Positions 1-7,327 of a stretch of DNA of 16,297 bases are shown here, one piece after another. This DNA is from Abditibacteriaceae bacterium (GTDB lineage: Bacteria; Armatimonadota; Abditibacteriia; Abditibacteriales; Abditibacteriaceae), in contig JANPJS010000002.1 in NCBI GenBank assembly GCA_031425655.1, forward strand, positions 1 to 16,297. The letters are read 5' to 3'. The notes beneath the pieces were generated by a model that was not told where the DNA came from, made no database searches, and was given only the letters and a program-made list of their open reading frames with translations. Every line of letters starts with the position of its first letter. Within the stretch, counting starts at the first letter, position 1. Made by a program: the position numbers and the translations under genes.

Positions 1-87
1 GAATCTATTTTGCGATCCGCTTGGTAAGAGCAATGGGGGCGCAAAATAGATTCTTCCGGGTGCCCTCTGGGCAGGACTCAGAATGAC
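1..87. repeat. Partial REP/MITE-like palindromic element, truncated at the window start
   Basis: Perfect 14-bp inverted repeat GAATCTATTTTGCG (1-14) / CGCAAAATAGATTC (40-53). It is followed by AGATTCTTC...CTCAGAATGAC (48-87) with an inner hairpin TGCCC-TCT-GGGCA (61-73). Resembles the GTCATTCTGAG...GAAGAATCT class of intergenic repeats (from recall). Confidence 0.6.
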
Positions 88-163
88 ACAACTCCTTTGC
101 CTTCCCGTGATTCGCAGGCTAATGGCTGCGCCTATCATAACCGACTGCGTAAGGCGAGTCTTT

Positions 164-205
164 AACTCAAAACTCAAAACTCAAAACTCAAAATTCATAA
201 TTCAT
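164..205. repeat. Heptamer tandem repeat (STRR-like)
   Basis: AACTCAA x4 (164-191) followed by AATTCAT x2 (192-205). Confidence 0.9.
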
Positions 206-217
206 AATTTTTTCAGC

Positions 218-231
218 GGCGCGCGATTTGC
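218..231 (+). promoter_or_regulatory. Putative sigma-54 (RpoN) -24/-12 promoter
   Basis: GGCGCG-CGAT-TTGC has exact GG-N10-GC spacing (consensus TGGCACG-N4-TTGC). The predicted start near 243 lies just ahead of the RBS (GAAGGTG 247-253) and ATG 260. The same motif recurs at 4089-4102. Confidence 0.6.
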
Positions 232-259
232 CAATTCAGCGGCGCGGAAGGTGATTGCT

Positions 260-541
260 ATGTCTCTCGGTGAATTTGTCGTTTTGTTTATTGTTTCGGC
301 GATTGTCGGCGCCATCGGCGAGGCTCTGGTTGGCTATTCGCTCGGCGGTTGCGCCATCAGCGCGGTTGTCGGATTCATCGGCGCGCTGATCGGAACCTGG
401 CTTAAAGGCGTGCTGAATATGGGAAACCTGCTCCCGGTTAACATGGGCGGGCGCACCATTGACATCGTGTGGGCCGTCATCGGCAGCGCGCTGCTGGTTT
501 TCATTTTGGGCCTCGTTCGCCGACGCCGAACCGTTGTCTGA
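260..541 (+). CDS. GlsB/YeaQ/YmgE family (transglycosylase-associated) stress-response membrane protein, 93 aa
   Basis: Three Gly-rich hydrophobic helices (IVSAIVGAIGEALV, VVGFIGALIGTWL, IVWAVIGSALLVFILGLV) and an Arg-rich tail. RBS before ATG 260. The ORF-track start at 83 reads through the heptamer repeat. Confidence 0.85.
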   Translation: MSLGEFVVLFIVSAIVGAIGEALVGYSLGGCAISAVVGFIGALIGTWLKGVLNMGNLLPVNMGGRTIDIVWAVIGSALLVFILGLVRRRRTVV

Positions 542-560
542 CGCGGCAGTCGCCAGAAAC

Positions 561-602
561 AAAAAGCGCCCCGGCTTCCAGCGAAGCCGGGGCGCTTTTT
601 TT
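561..602. terminator. Bidirectional intrinsic terminator
   Basis: 18-bp perfect stem AAAAAGCGCCCCGGCTTC (561-578) / GAAGCCGGGGCGCTTTTT (583-600), loop CAGC, with A and T tracts at the ends. It lies between convergent stops at 541 and 607. Confidence 0.92.
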
Positions 603-606
603 CTGT

Positions 607-978
607 TTAGTCTCCGATTCTCCGCGCTTTCGCGGTGTCTCCGTTCGTGGTCATTTCCATGACGCCCCAGTGTATTCGGACTTTTGTGACGTAAATCAGA
701 GGTGTCGGGCGATACTTTGAAGGAGCGTTATCAGTTACTTCGATGGCGTTGTCGCTCAGAAAACGATACCGCCTTTTGTCGGGTTTGCCGTTTTGGCTGA
801 TGAACAGTTCATTTCCATGCACACGAAAAGCGAACACACCAGCTTCATTGCGCCATCTCCCAGAAATATTCTCCCGCACATCTTCTTCGTGTGAAAGAAG
901 CGCCCAAACCACGAATACCAGCACCGGCAAGCATAAGAAAATGACTTCTCCTACTTTCAATCGGCTTCGATTGCTCAT
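607..978 (-). CDS. Hypothetical membrane-anchored protein, 123 aa
   Basis: N-terminal TM segment (VIFLCLPVLVFVVWALL) followed by ISGRW and beta-strand-like sequence. Starts 6 nt after the kinase stop and ends at the terminator. Confidence 0.65.
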   Translation of the reverse strand: MSNRSRLKVGEVIFLCLPVLVFVVWALLSHEEDVRENISGRWRNEAGVFAFRVHGNELFISQNGKPDKRRYRFLSDNAIEVTDNAPSKYRPTPLIYVTKVRIHWGVMEMTTNGDTAKARRIGD

Positions 979-984
979 AGAAAC

Positions 985-2940
985 TCACCCTATCGTCGCC
1001 TGCAAGTTTTCGTTGACCATGCGGCAAAGGCGTTCGGGATCGAAGGGTTTAACTAAGACCGGACGCCCGGTTTTTTCGAGAAAAGCGCGCGTCGAGGCCG
1101 ACATGGTATCGCCGGTCACGAAGATCACTTTGGGCAGCAAATTGGGATGCGAGGTTTGCAGCGCCTCGAAGAACGTCGGGCCGCCGACGGCGGGCATTCG
1201 CACGTCGCTGACGATGAGATCGAAATCTTCATGTTCGAGCAACGCAAGGGCTTCGGCGCCGTTGTAAGCCGCCGTCACGCGATGGCCTTCGCCGGCCAAA
1301 ATTTCGGTCATCAGCAGCACGATTGGCTCTTCGTCGTCTATGACCAAAACGTGGCTGTGCGGCGCAGACCGCGCTTTGGCATTGGGCGATGCCGGCTCTT
1401 GCGAAGCGCCGATTCCGGCTACGGGCAATTCGATAATAAACGTCGCGCCGCTGCCGAGGCGACTTTCAGCCCGAATAGTGCCACCGTGATTGGCGATGGT
1501 CCGATGCGCCAGGCTCATGCCCAGGCCTGTGCCTTTTCCGGGCGGTTTGGTCGTGAAAAACGGGTCAAAAATGCGCCGCAAATACTCCGCTGGAATGCCC
1601 GGCCCATCGTCGCGCACCGTCAAACGAACCAAAAACTGCCCGGCCAAGTGAATCGCTTCGGTGCGAATGAAAATTGTGCCGTTTTCGCTATGATTCTGCG
1701 CATCGCGGATGGCGTGAATGCCGTTGTTAACGATATTAAGCAGCACTTGCTGTAAACCGGCGGGGTCGCCCCAGATTAACGGCAGATTTTCGGCGCAATC
1801 GCTTTCAATTTCCACATTGTCTTTTTCCAACTGGAAAGCGCGCATTCCCAGCACGGCGCGCACCACGTCGTTGAGATCGAGATGCGTTTTTTCCAATGTG
1901 GTGCGGCGCGAAAAGTCGAGCAGACTTTGCACGATTTGCGAAGCGCGCTGCGCCTCGTGGTTGACGGCGTGAACCTGCCTTTGCAAATGCGAAGGCAGCG
2001 TCGAATCGGTTTCGAGCAACTGCGCGTAGCCCACGACGGTCGCCAAAGGATTGTTCAACTCGTGCGCTACGCCCGACAAAAGTTCGCCTAAAGCCGCTAA
2101 TTTTTCGGCTTGAATGACTTGCTCTTGCAAAAGCCGCGACTCGGTGACATCGCGCAACACACCAATGCGCTGCGCGCGGTCAACGCGGTCGAGATCGTCG
2201 TCCGAGCGCAAAACGAAGCTGGTTTCCACGAAAATGCGCTCCGGCACCTGACAGCGAAACTCGCCCCGCCGAAAATCGAGCGAGGGCAAGCTGTCTTCGA
2301 GGCGCTTTTCGCTTTCCAGTTCGAGATATTCCGGCAGCGAAGTAAAAAGCGCGCGGCGCTCCTGGCCAACGATTTCGCGCAGCGGCACCGCAATCAGTTG
2401 GGACAGCGCCAGATTCGCGCGCAAAATGACGCCATCGGCGTCGTAGATAAAAATGCCGTCGGCCATGCCGTCGAACACGGTTTCCCATTCGCGCTTGGCC
2501 CGTTCGAGCTGATCGAAAAGCCGCGCTTTTTCCAGCGCGACACCGGCCTGCTCCCAGAGCATTTTCGACAGCGCAGCCGCGTCTTCACGCAAGCGAGGCG
2601 TTGCCACGCGCAAAACCGCGACGTTCTGGCCGCGCAAAGCTAAGGGCCAGGTGCATTCTTCCGATGCCTGCCGAAGTTCGCCGATAAACAGCCAGTCGTC
2701 TTCGTTGTCCGGCCATTTCGAGAACGATAAATCGCGCAGCGGCGCGATTTCGTCGCGCAGCACGGCGGCTAAGGCTTCGCGGTGCAAGGCCAATTGCGCG
2801 CTGCCGTTTTCCCGCGCGCACAAGCGCGCGGCCTGCTCGGTGAAGGTTTCTAAAAGCTCGTGCAGCGAAGCCGCGCTATGTAGTGCCAGTGTCGCGCTGT
2901 GCAGAACTTCCAGCGCGACGGGCGAAAACGAAGTTTCCAT
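985..2940 (-). CDS. Cytoplasmic hybrid sensor histidine kinase (degenerate GAF-like region, PAS, HisKA, HATPase, receiver), 651 aa
   Basis: PAS ([25 protein letters not shown]), H-box ([14 protein letters not shown]), N-box ([11 protein letters not shown]), G1 (DDGPGI), F/G2 ([17 protein letters not shown]), receiver ([24 protein letters not shown]). No TM helix seen. Confidence 0.93.
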   Translation of the reverse strand: METSFSPVALEVLHSATLALHSAASLHELLETFTEQAARLCARENGSAQLALHREALAAVLRDEIAPLRDLSFSKWPDNEDDWLFIGELRQASEECTWPLALRGQNVAVLRVATPRLREDAAALSKMLWEQAGVALEKARLFDQLERAKREWETVFDGMADGIFIYDADGVILRANLALSQLIAVPLREIVGQERRALFTSLPEYLELESEKRLEDSLPSLDFRRGEFRCQVPERIFVETSFVLRSDDDLDRVDRAQRIGVLRDVTESRLLQEQVIQAEKLAALGELLSGVAHELNNPLATVVGYAQLLETDSTLPSHLQRQVHAVNHEAQRASQIVQSLLDFSRRTTLEKTHLDLNDVVRAVLGMRAFQLEKDNVEIESDCAENLPLIWGDPAGLQQVLLNIVNNGIHAIRDAQNHSENGTIFIRTEAIHLAGQFLVRLTVRDDGPGIPAEYLRRIFDPFFTTKPPGKGTGLGMSLAHRTIANHGGTIRAESRLGSGATFIIELPVAGIGASQEPASPNAKARSAPHSHVLVIDDEEPIVLLMTEILAGEGHRVTAAYNGAEALALLEHEDFDLIVSDVRMPAVGGPTFFEALQTSHPNLLPKVIFVTGDTMSASTRAFLEKTGRPVLVKPFDPERLCRMVNENLQATIG

Positions 2941-2978
2941 GTCTTTTCAGCCTGCGGCACTTTGGCCAATCGAGGCCA

Positions 2979-3983
2979 TTACGCATCCGTTTTCAGCCAT
3001 TTCAACACGATGGCGTCGAACTTTTCGGGATGCTCGGCGTGCGGCATCAGCATGGCGTTGTCTACGACTTCGAGGTGCGCGGACGGCTGCAAAGCCAACC
3101 ATTCGGGAGCCATATCTACCGGTGTCAGCAGCGCGTTGCGGCCCCAGACGAGCAAAGCCGGCACGCTGATTTTCGCCCAATCTTCGAGAGGATCGCAATC
3201 GTTGGCGCCGCCTAAAAACGCCGTCAGCGCATGACGGGCGCCGGGTTGATGCGCCGCAATGGAATGGCGCGCGATAAAAGCGTCATCCACGCGCGTTTTG
3301 TCGAAAAACAGGTGGCGGCGCGAGAATTCTTCGATGCTGCGCCGCGAAGCGAGAGTGTTATAAAGCGTCTGGCCCACAACGGGCAAATTGAAAAGACTAT
3401 GCGCCACTTTCGATTGCGCCTGACGAATCGCGGGATCGGAATCGCGCAGCGTCGGGCAGACGAAGACGAAATTCGTAAACAAATCCGGTCGCCGCGTGGC
3501 CGCACTGAGGGCAAAACACGCGCTCTGATTCGAGGCGATGACCGCACACGGCGCGCCGATCACGTCTTCGATGAAATATTCGACTTGCTCGGCATAAGTT
3601 TCAATTCCGTAAGTGCTTTCCGGCTTATCCGAAGCGCCCCAGCCCAGAAAATCCAGCGCGTAAACCGTGAAATGCTGCGCGAGTTCCTGAAAATTGCCCT
3701 GCCACTCGGCCATCGAGTTGCCGGCGCCCAGCCCGTGCAGCAGCAAAAGCGGCGGGCCGTCGCCGGCCACGGTATAAGCGATGTCACCCTGACGCGCCGG
3801 ATAACGATTGAAAACGCCGCCCAAAAGGTCGTCGGGCGGCGGCGTTTTCAGCGCGATATAAGTGTTGGCCATCGCAGCGGCGCCAATCGCCGCGCCGACA
3901 AGCCACGCCGCCGTTTTCAAAGCGCCGCAGCAGGATTTGCTTTCGGTTTCAAAGGGTAATTCTTCGGTTTCAGAGTGTCGCAT
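2979..3983 (-). CDS. Alpha/beta fold hydrolase with N-terminal hydrophobic anchor and atypical nucleophile elbow, 334 aa
   Basis: GPPLLLLHGLG, VYALDFLGWGASDKP, PALLVWG and MPHAEHPEKF motifs. The elbow reads VIASNQSA. RBS AAGGA upstream of ATG 3983. Confidence 0.88.
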   Translation of the reverse strand: MRHSETEELPFETESKSCCGALKTAAWLVGAAIGAAAMANTYIALKTPPPDDLLGGVFNRYPARQGDIAYTVAGDGPPLLLLHGLGAGNSMAEWQGNFQELAQHFTVYALDFLGWGASDKPESTYGIETYAEQVEYFIEDVIGAPCAVIASNQSACFALSAATRRPDLFTNFVFVCPTLRDSDPAIRQAQSKVAHSLFNLPVVGQTLYNTLASRRSIEEFSRRHLFFDKTRVDDAFIARHSIAAHQPGARHALTAFLGGANDCDPLEDWAKISVPALLVWGRNALLTPVDMAPEWLALQPSAHLEVVDNAMLMPHAEHPEKFDAIVLKWLKTDA

Positions 3984-4029
3984 TCGTTTTCCTTGCGCGT
4001 TGATTTTTCATCGCAACCTCGCCCCATCC

Positions 4030-4038
4030 ATTTTAACA
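4030..4038 (-). promoter_or_regulatory. Possible extended -10 promoter of the hydrolase-kinase operon
   Basis: Minus strand reads TGTTAAAAT (TGn + TAAAAT), about 45 nt upstream of ATG 3983. Confidence 0.4.
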
Positions 4039-4088
4039 GCCCGCGCCTGCATTCCGAGAATTGCCTTGAGAATCGGCGATTAAGTTTC

Positions 4089-4103
4089 GGCGCGCCTTTT
4101 GCA
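4089..4103 (+). promoter_or_regulatory. Putative sigma-54 (RpoN) -24/-12 promoter
   Basis: GGCGCG-CCTT-TTGCA with exact GG-N10-GC spacing. Predicted start near 4114, upstream of RBS AGGAG (4128-4132) and ATG 4138. Confidence 0.65.
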
Positions 4104-4137
4104 AATGCGGCGCGTGAAATTCCCTCAAGGAGATAAT

Positions 4138-4632
4138 ATGTTAACGATGTTGACCCAACCCAGAACCGCTACCAAGTCCTTCGCGCTTCTGCTTTCGGCC
4201 TCAATTGTGGCGCCGACACTGCTGGCCGGCTGCGGCAACGGCGCACAAACCGACGCGCCGCCACCACCACGCAATGCTTCGTCGAGCGAAATGAGCCGCA
4301 TGAATCAAGGGGCCGCACCGGCCAAGCAGGGCATGAGCACCAAGCAGAAAATGGTGCTGGTCGGCGGCGCTGCCCTGCTGTATTACCTTTACAAAAAGAA
4401 CAAGGCCAAACAGCAGGCCCCGGCGAACGTGCAGTATTACATCTCGAAATCCACAGGCCGCGTTTATTACCGCGACCCACAAACCAAGCAGGCCGTCTGG
4501 ATGACGCCGGAACGTCCACAGCCGATGCAAATCCCAGAATCCGAAGCCTCCGCTTATCGCGATTATCAAGGCTACAACAACCAGTCCACAGGCCGCAGCT
4601 TGCAAGACTCAGGCGAGTTTCAGCTTCAATAG
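4138..4632 (+). CDS. Hypothetical lipoprotein with an internal hydrophobic helix and a WW-domain-like segment, 164 aa
   Basis: AGGAG RBS. Signal peptide with lipobox LLAG-C (Cys codon 4231-4233), then PPPPR, hydrophobic MVLVGGAALLYYLY followed by KKNKAK, and SKSTGRVYYRDPQTKQAVWMTP. Confidence 0.85.
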   Translation: MLTMLTQPRTATKSFALLLSASIVAPTLLAGCGNGAQTDAPPPPRNASSSEMSRMNQGAAPAKQGMSTKQKMVLVGGAALLYYLYKKNKAKQQAPANVQYYISKSTGRVYYRDPQTKQAVWMTPERPQPMQIPESEASAYRDYQGYNNQSTGRSLQDSGEFQLQ

Positions 4633-4650
4633 GAAGCGCAAAGGAGAATC

Positions 4651-4947
4651 ATGAGCCTCAATCCACTCGATTTACTTTTCGGCCAAGTCCGAAAGTCCAT
4701 TGAAAATCAAGCGTCCCCCGACACACCGGGGCCGGCTTTCGATGCCAATCCGCTTTTGGGCATTTTAGGCGGACTTTTTGGCCAGCACGCACAGCAACAA
4801 GGGCAAGACTTCGGCGGTTACAATACCCAATCGTCCGATCAAGACCCGTATGGCGATCCCGGTCTCCGACAGGGCGGCGGCGGCCAGTTCGGCAACGCCA
4901 AATCATCCGACGAAGACCCGTATGGCGATCCCGGTCTCCAGCGTTAA
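4651..4947 (+). CDS. Small acidic Gly/Gln-rich hypothetical protein with two DPYGDPGL repeats, 98 aa
   Basis: Strong RBS AAAGGAGA, start 18 nt after the upstream stop. Repeats NPLDLLFG / NPLLGILGGLFG and SSDQDPYGDPGL / SSDEDPYGDPGL. No signal peptide. Confidence 0.85.
   Translation: MSLNPLDLLFGQVRKSIENQASPDTPGPAFDANPLLGILGGLFGQHAQQQGQDFGGYNTQSSDQDPYGDPGLRQGGGGQFGNAKSSDEDPYGDPGLQR
4841..4939 (+). repeat. Intragenic 27-bp perfect direct repeat
   Basis: AAGACCCGTATGGCGATCCCGGTCTCC at 4841-4867 and 4913-4939 (period 72 nt = 24 codons). Confidence 0.95.
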
Positions 4948-4953
4948 CAACTC

Positions 4954-5070
4954 ACCACAAAGACACGAAGACACAAAGAAACCCCAAAGAAAAAGAGATT
5001 AAAGGATTTTAACTCCCTACGATTTCTTAAAATTCTTTGGGGTTTCTTTGTGTCTTCGTGTCTTTGTGGT
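4954..5070. repeat. CACAAAGA-family palindromic element, copy 1; may act as terminator between convergent genes
   Basis: Perfect 38-bp inverted repeat ACCACAAAGACACGAAGACACAAAGAAACCCCAAAGAA (4954-4991) / 5033-5070 around a 41-nt AT-rich spacer. Confidence 0.92.
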
Positions 5071-6132
5071 TCAACTCACGTCAACAATCGCTTTCACGCA
5101 CGTCGCGCGATTGTCCACGACATATTCAAAAGCCTGAGGCACTTCGGCGAGCGCGAATCGCTTCGAGATCAGCGGCTTGAGATTGACTTTGCCGGACGCG
5201 ATCAGGCTGACACCGGTCGGAAAAGTGTTGTTGTAACGGAAAATTGGGCGCAGCTTGATTTCGCGCACGATCATGTCGTTGATATTCAATGTGGCCGTGT
5301 CATCCGGCGGCATTCCGATGAGAACAACCGTCGCGCCGGGCCGCGCCGCCGCGATGCAAGCGTTGAGCGCGCTGGGATGGCCCGCGCACTCGATGCACAC
5401 GTCGGCGCCGCGCCCGTCGGTGAGTTCGCGTGCGGCGTCGCGCAATTCTTCGGCGCCGCCTTGAATGACTTGCGTGGCGCCGATTTCCTGCGCGACTTTC
5501 AAGCGTTCGGGCACCATATCCGAGATAATCACGTTCGCCGCGCCCGCCGCTTTGACGGCCAGTAAATTCATCAGGCCAATCGGCCCGGCGCCGGTGATAA
5601 CGACCGTATCGCCCATCGTGACCGGCGCCACGCGCGCGGCGAATATGCCGGTCGAAAGCGGCTCAATCAGCGCGCCTTCTTCAAGCGACACGTTATCGGG
5701 CAGCTTGAAGCAAAAATCCGCCGGATGATTGACGAAACCGCAAAACGAGCCGTGATCGGGCGGCGTGGCGAAAAAGAAAATATCCGGGCACAAATTATAT
5801 TCGCCGCGCTTCATGTAATAATGCGAAATATTCGTCGAAAGACGCGGCACGCCCGGTTCGAGGCAAACACGGTCGCCGACCTGCAAATGCGTCACATTCG
5901 CGCCGATTTCGACAATGGTTCCGGCGCATTCGTGGCCCAAAATCATCGGCGCCTTCACGACGAAATCGCCGATGCGTCCGTGTTCCCAATAATGCACGTC
6001 CGAGCCGCAAATTCCGACTTTATTGATGGCGATTTTGACTTCGTTCGGCCCCGGCGCGCCGGGAATCGGCACTTCCTCGACGCGCAAATCTTTCACGCCG
6101 TGCAAAACAGCGGCTTGCATAGTTTTTGACAT
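5071..6132 (-). CDS. Zn-dependent NAD-linked polyol dehydrogenase (sorbitol/xylitol dehydrogenase family), 353 aa
   Basis: GICGSDVHYWEHGRIGDFVVKAPMILGHE, FFATPP, IEPLS, GAGPIG, Asp in ISDMV (NAD preference) and FRYNNTFP. RBS AAAAGGA before ATG 6132. Confidence 0.92.
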   Translation of the reverse strand: MSKTMQAAVLHGVKDLRVEEVPIPGAPGPNEVKIAINKVGICGSDVHYWEHGRIGDFVVKAPMILGHECAGTIVEIGANVTHLQVGDRVCLEPGVPRLSTNISHYYMKRGEYNLCPDIFFFATPPDHGSFCGFVNHPADFCFKLPDNVSLEEGALIEPLSTGIFAARVAPVTMGDTVVITGAGPIGLMNLLAVKAAGAANVIISDMVPERLKVAQEIGATQVIQGGAEELRDAARELTDGRGADVCIECAGHPSALNACIAAARPGATVVLIGMPPDDTATLNINDMIVREIKLRPIFRYNNTFPTGVSLIASGKVNLKPLISKRFALAEVPQAFEYVVDNRATCVKAIVDVS

Positions 6133-6168
6133 GGAAATCCTTTTAATCAGCCAAGAGTTTCGCAAACA

Positions 6169-6231
6169 TTAAACACAAAGACACAAAGACACAAAGAGAT
6201 TTTCTTCGTGTCTTTGTGCCTTTGTGTTTAA
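6169..6231. repeat. CACAAAGA-family palindromic element, copy 2
   Basis: 29-bp inverted repeat with 2 mismatches: TTAAACACAAAGACACAAAGACACAAAGA (6169-6197) / 6203-6231. Arms are built from 8-nt ACACAAAG units. Confidence 0.9.
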
Positions 6232-6269
6232 AAATATTTAATCTGTGCGATGCGTGATGCGTTCCGCTC

Positions 6270-7247
6270 TCACGCTTTTTTCTGCCACTGATCGAAGGCG
6301 ACGGCGGCGATAATCAGCACGCCGACGATGATTTGCTGCACGAACGAATCCACACTCATCAAACTGGCGCCGTTTTTCAACACCGCGATGACCAAAGCGC
6401 CGATAACGGTGCCGGCAATGCTGCCGACGCCGCCAAAAAGTGACGCACCGCCGATAACGACGGCAGCGATGGCATCCAATTCGGCGCCCATTCCGGCTCC
6501 CGGCTGTGCCGAAATGCTGCGCGACACGTCAATCATGGCCGCGACACCCGCCAAGGCGCTGGTGAGAATGTAGACGAAAAACAAGGTTTTGCGCTGGTCA
6601 ATGCCCGCGAAGCGCGCCGCCTGAGGATTGCCGCCCACCGCATAAATCGTGCGCCCGATTACGGTTTTGTTCAGCACCATGTAGCAAAGTAATCCGACGA
6701 TAATAATGATCCAGAGCGGCACAGGAAGCCTCAGAAAATTGCCTTCGCCCAGCCAGCCGATGCCTTGCGCGGTTACGTCTACAGAACCGCCGTGCGAAAT
6801 GATATTAGTCGCGCCGCGTGCGATGCCCATCGTGCCCAAAGTCGCAATGAACGGCGGCAGGCGCAGAATCCCAATTAGAAAGGCGTTGACCATGCCGCAC
6901 AAAGCGCCGGCAAAAACGCCGATGGTCATGGCAACGGGCACCGTTAGGCCCAGTCCGCCTTTCGTGGCCGGAATCATGAGCAGCGCCGAAATCATGCCTG
7001 TAAAAGCAGCCACACTGCCCACGCTGAGGTCAATACCGCCGCTGATAATGACCAACGTCATGCCGAACGCGATGAGCAAAATCGCCGATTGCTGGCGCGC
7101 GATGTTGAAGATGTTTTCGGTCGAGAGAAACAGGTTTTCGCCCTCCGGCCCACGAGGTGCTTTGATCGAAAAGAAAACGACCAGCACCAGCAATCCGGCC
7201 AAAGGCAGCAGGCGGCGCAACAGTGAAGAGATTTGTGTGTTGGACAT
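6270..7247 (-). CDS. Monosaccharide/polyol ABC transporter permease (RbsC family), about 325 aa
   Basis: GMTLVIISGGIDLSVGS, LPPFIATLGTM, GRTIYAVGGNPQAARFAGI and ELDAIAAVVIGGASLFGG. Start placed at ATG 7247; the alternative GTG 7322 lies within the repeat. Confidence 0.92.
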   Translation of the reverse strand: MSNTQISSLLRRLLPLAGLLVLVVFFSIKAPRGPEGENLFLSTENIFNIARQQSAILLIAFGMTLVIISGGIDLSVGSVAAFTGMISALLMIPATKGGLGLTVPVAMTIGVFAGALCGMVNAFLIGILRLPPFIATLGTMGIARGATNIISHGGSVDVTAQGIGWLGEGNFLRLPVPLWIIIIVGLLCYMVLNKTVIGRTIYAVGGNPQAARFAGIDQRKTLFFVYILTSALAGVAAMIDVSRSISAQPGAGMGAELDAIAAVVIGGASLFGGVGSIAGTVIGALVIAVLKNGASLMSVDSFVQQIIVGVLIIAAVAFDQWQKKA

Positions 7248-7250
7248 TGC

Positions 7251-7326
7251 GAGTGACGAGTGATGAATTACGAGTGACGAATTACGAATGAAACTCGTCA
7301 CTCGTAATTCGTAACTCGTCACTCAC
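7251..7326. repeat. Inverted heptamer repeat array
   Basis: GAGTGAC/GAGTGAT/GAATTAC units at 7251-7285, then reverse-complement units ACTCGTC/ACTCGTA/ATTCGTA at 7293-7326, able to fold into an imperfect hairpin. Confidence 0.88.
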
Positions 7327-7327
7327 T

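Noticed and set aside
83..259. N-terminal extension of the first ORF (152-aa version)
   Set aside because: It translates the heptamer repeat (NSKLKTQNSKFIIHN) and the promoter region. The RBS and family size fit ATG 260.
4841..4939. 27-bp direct repeat with a 45-nt spacer as a mini-CRISPR
   Set aside because: Only two copies, in frame inside a CDS with a strong RBS. Flanking differences are codon-like, consistent with a protein repeat.
4954..6231. CACAAAGA repeats as a CRISPR array
   Set aside because: They are inverted arms made of 8-nt units, not direct repeats with unique equal-length spacers, and no cas genes are present.
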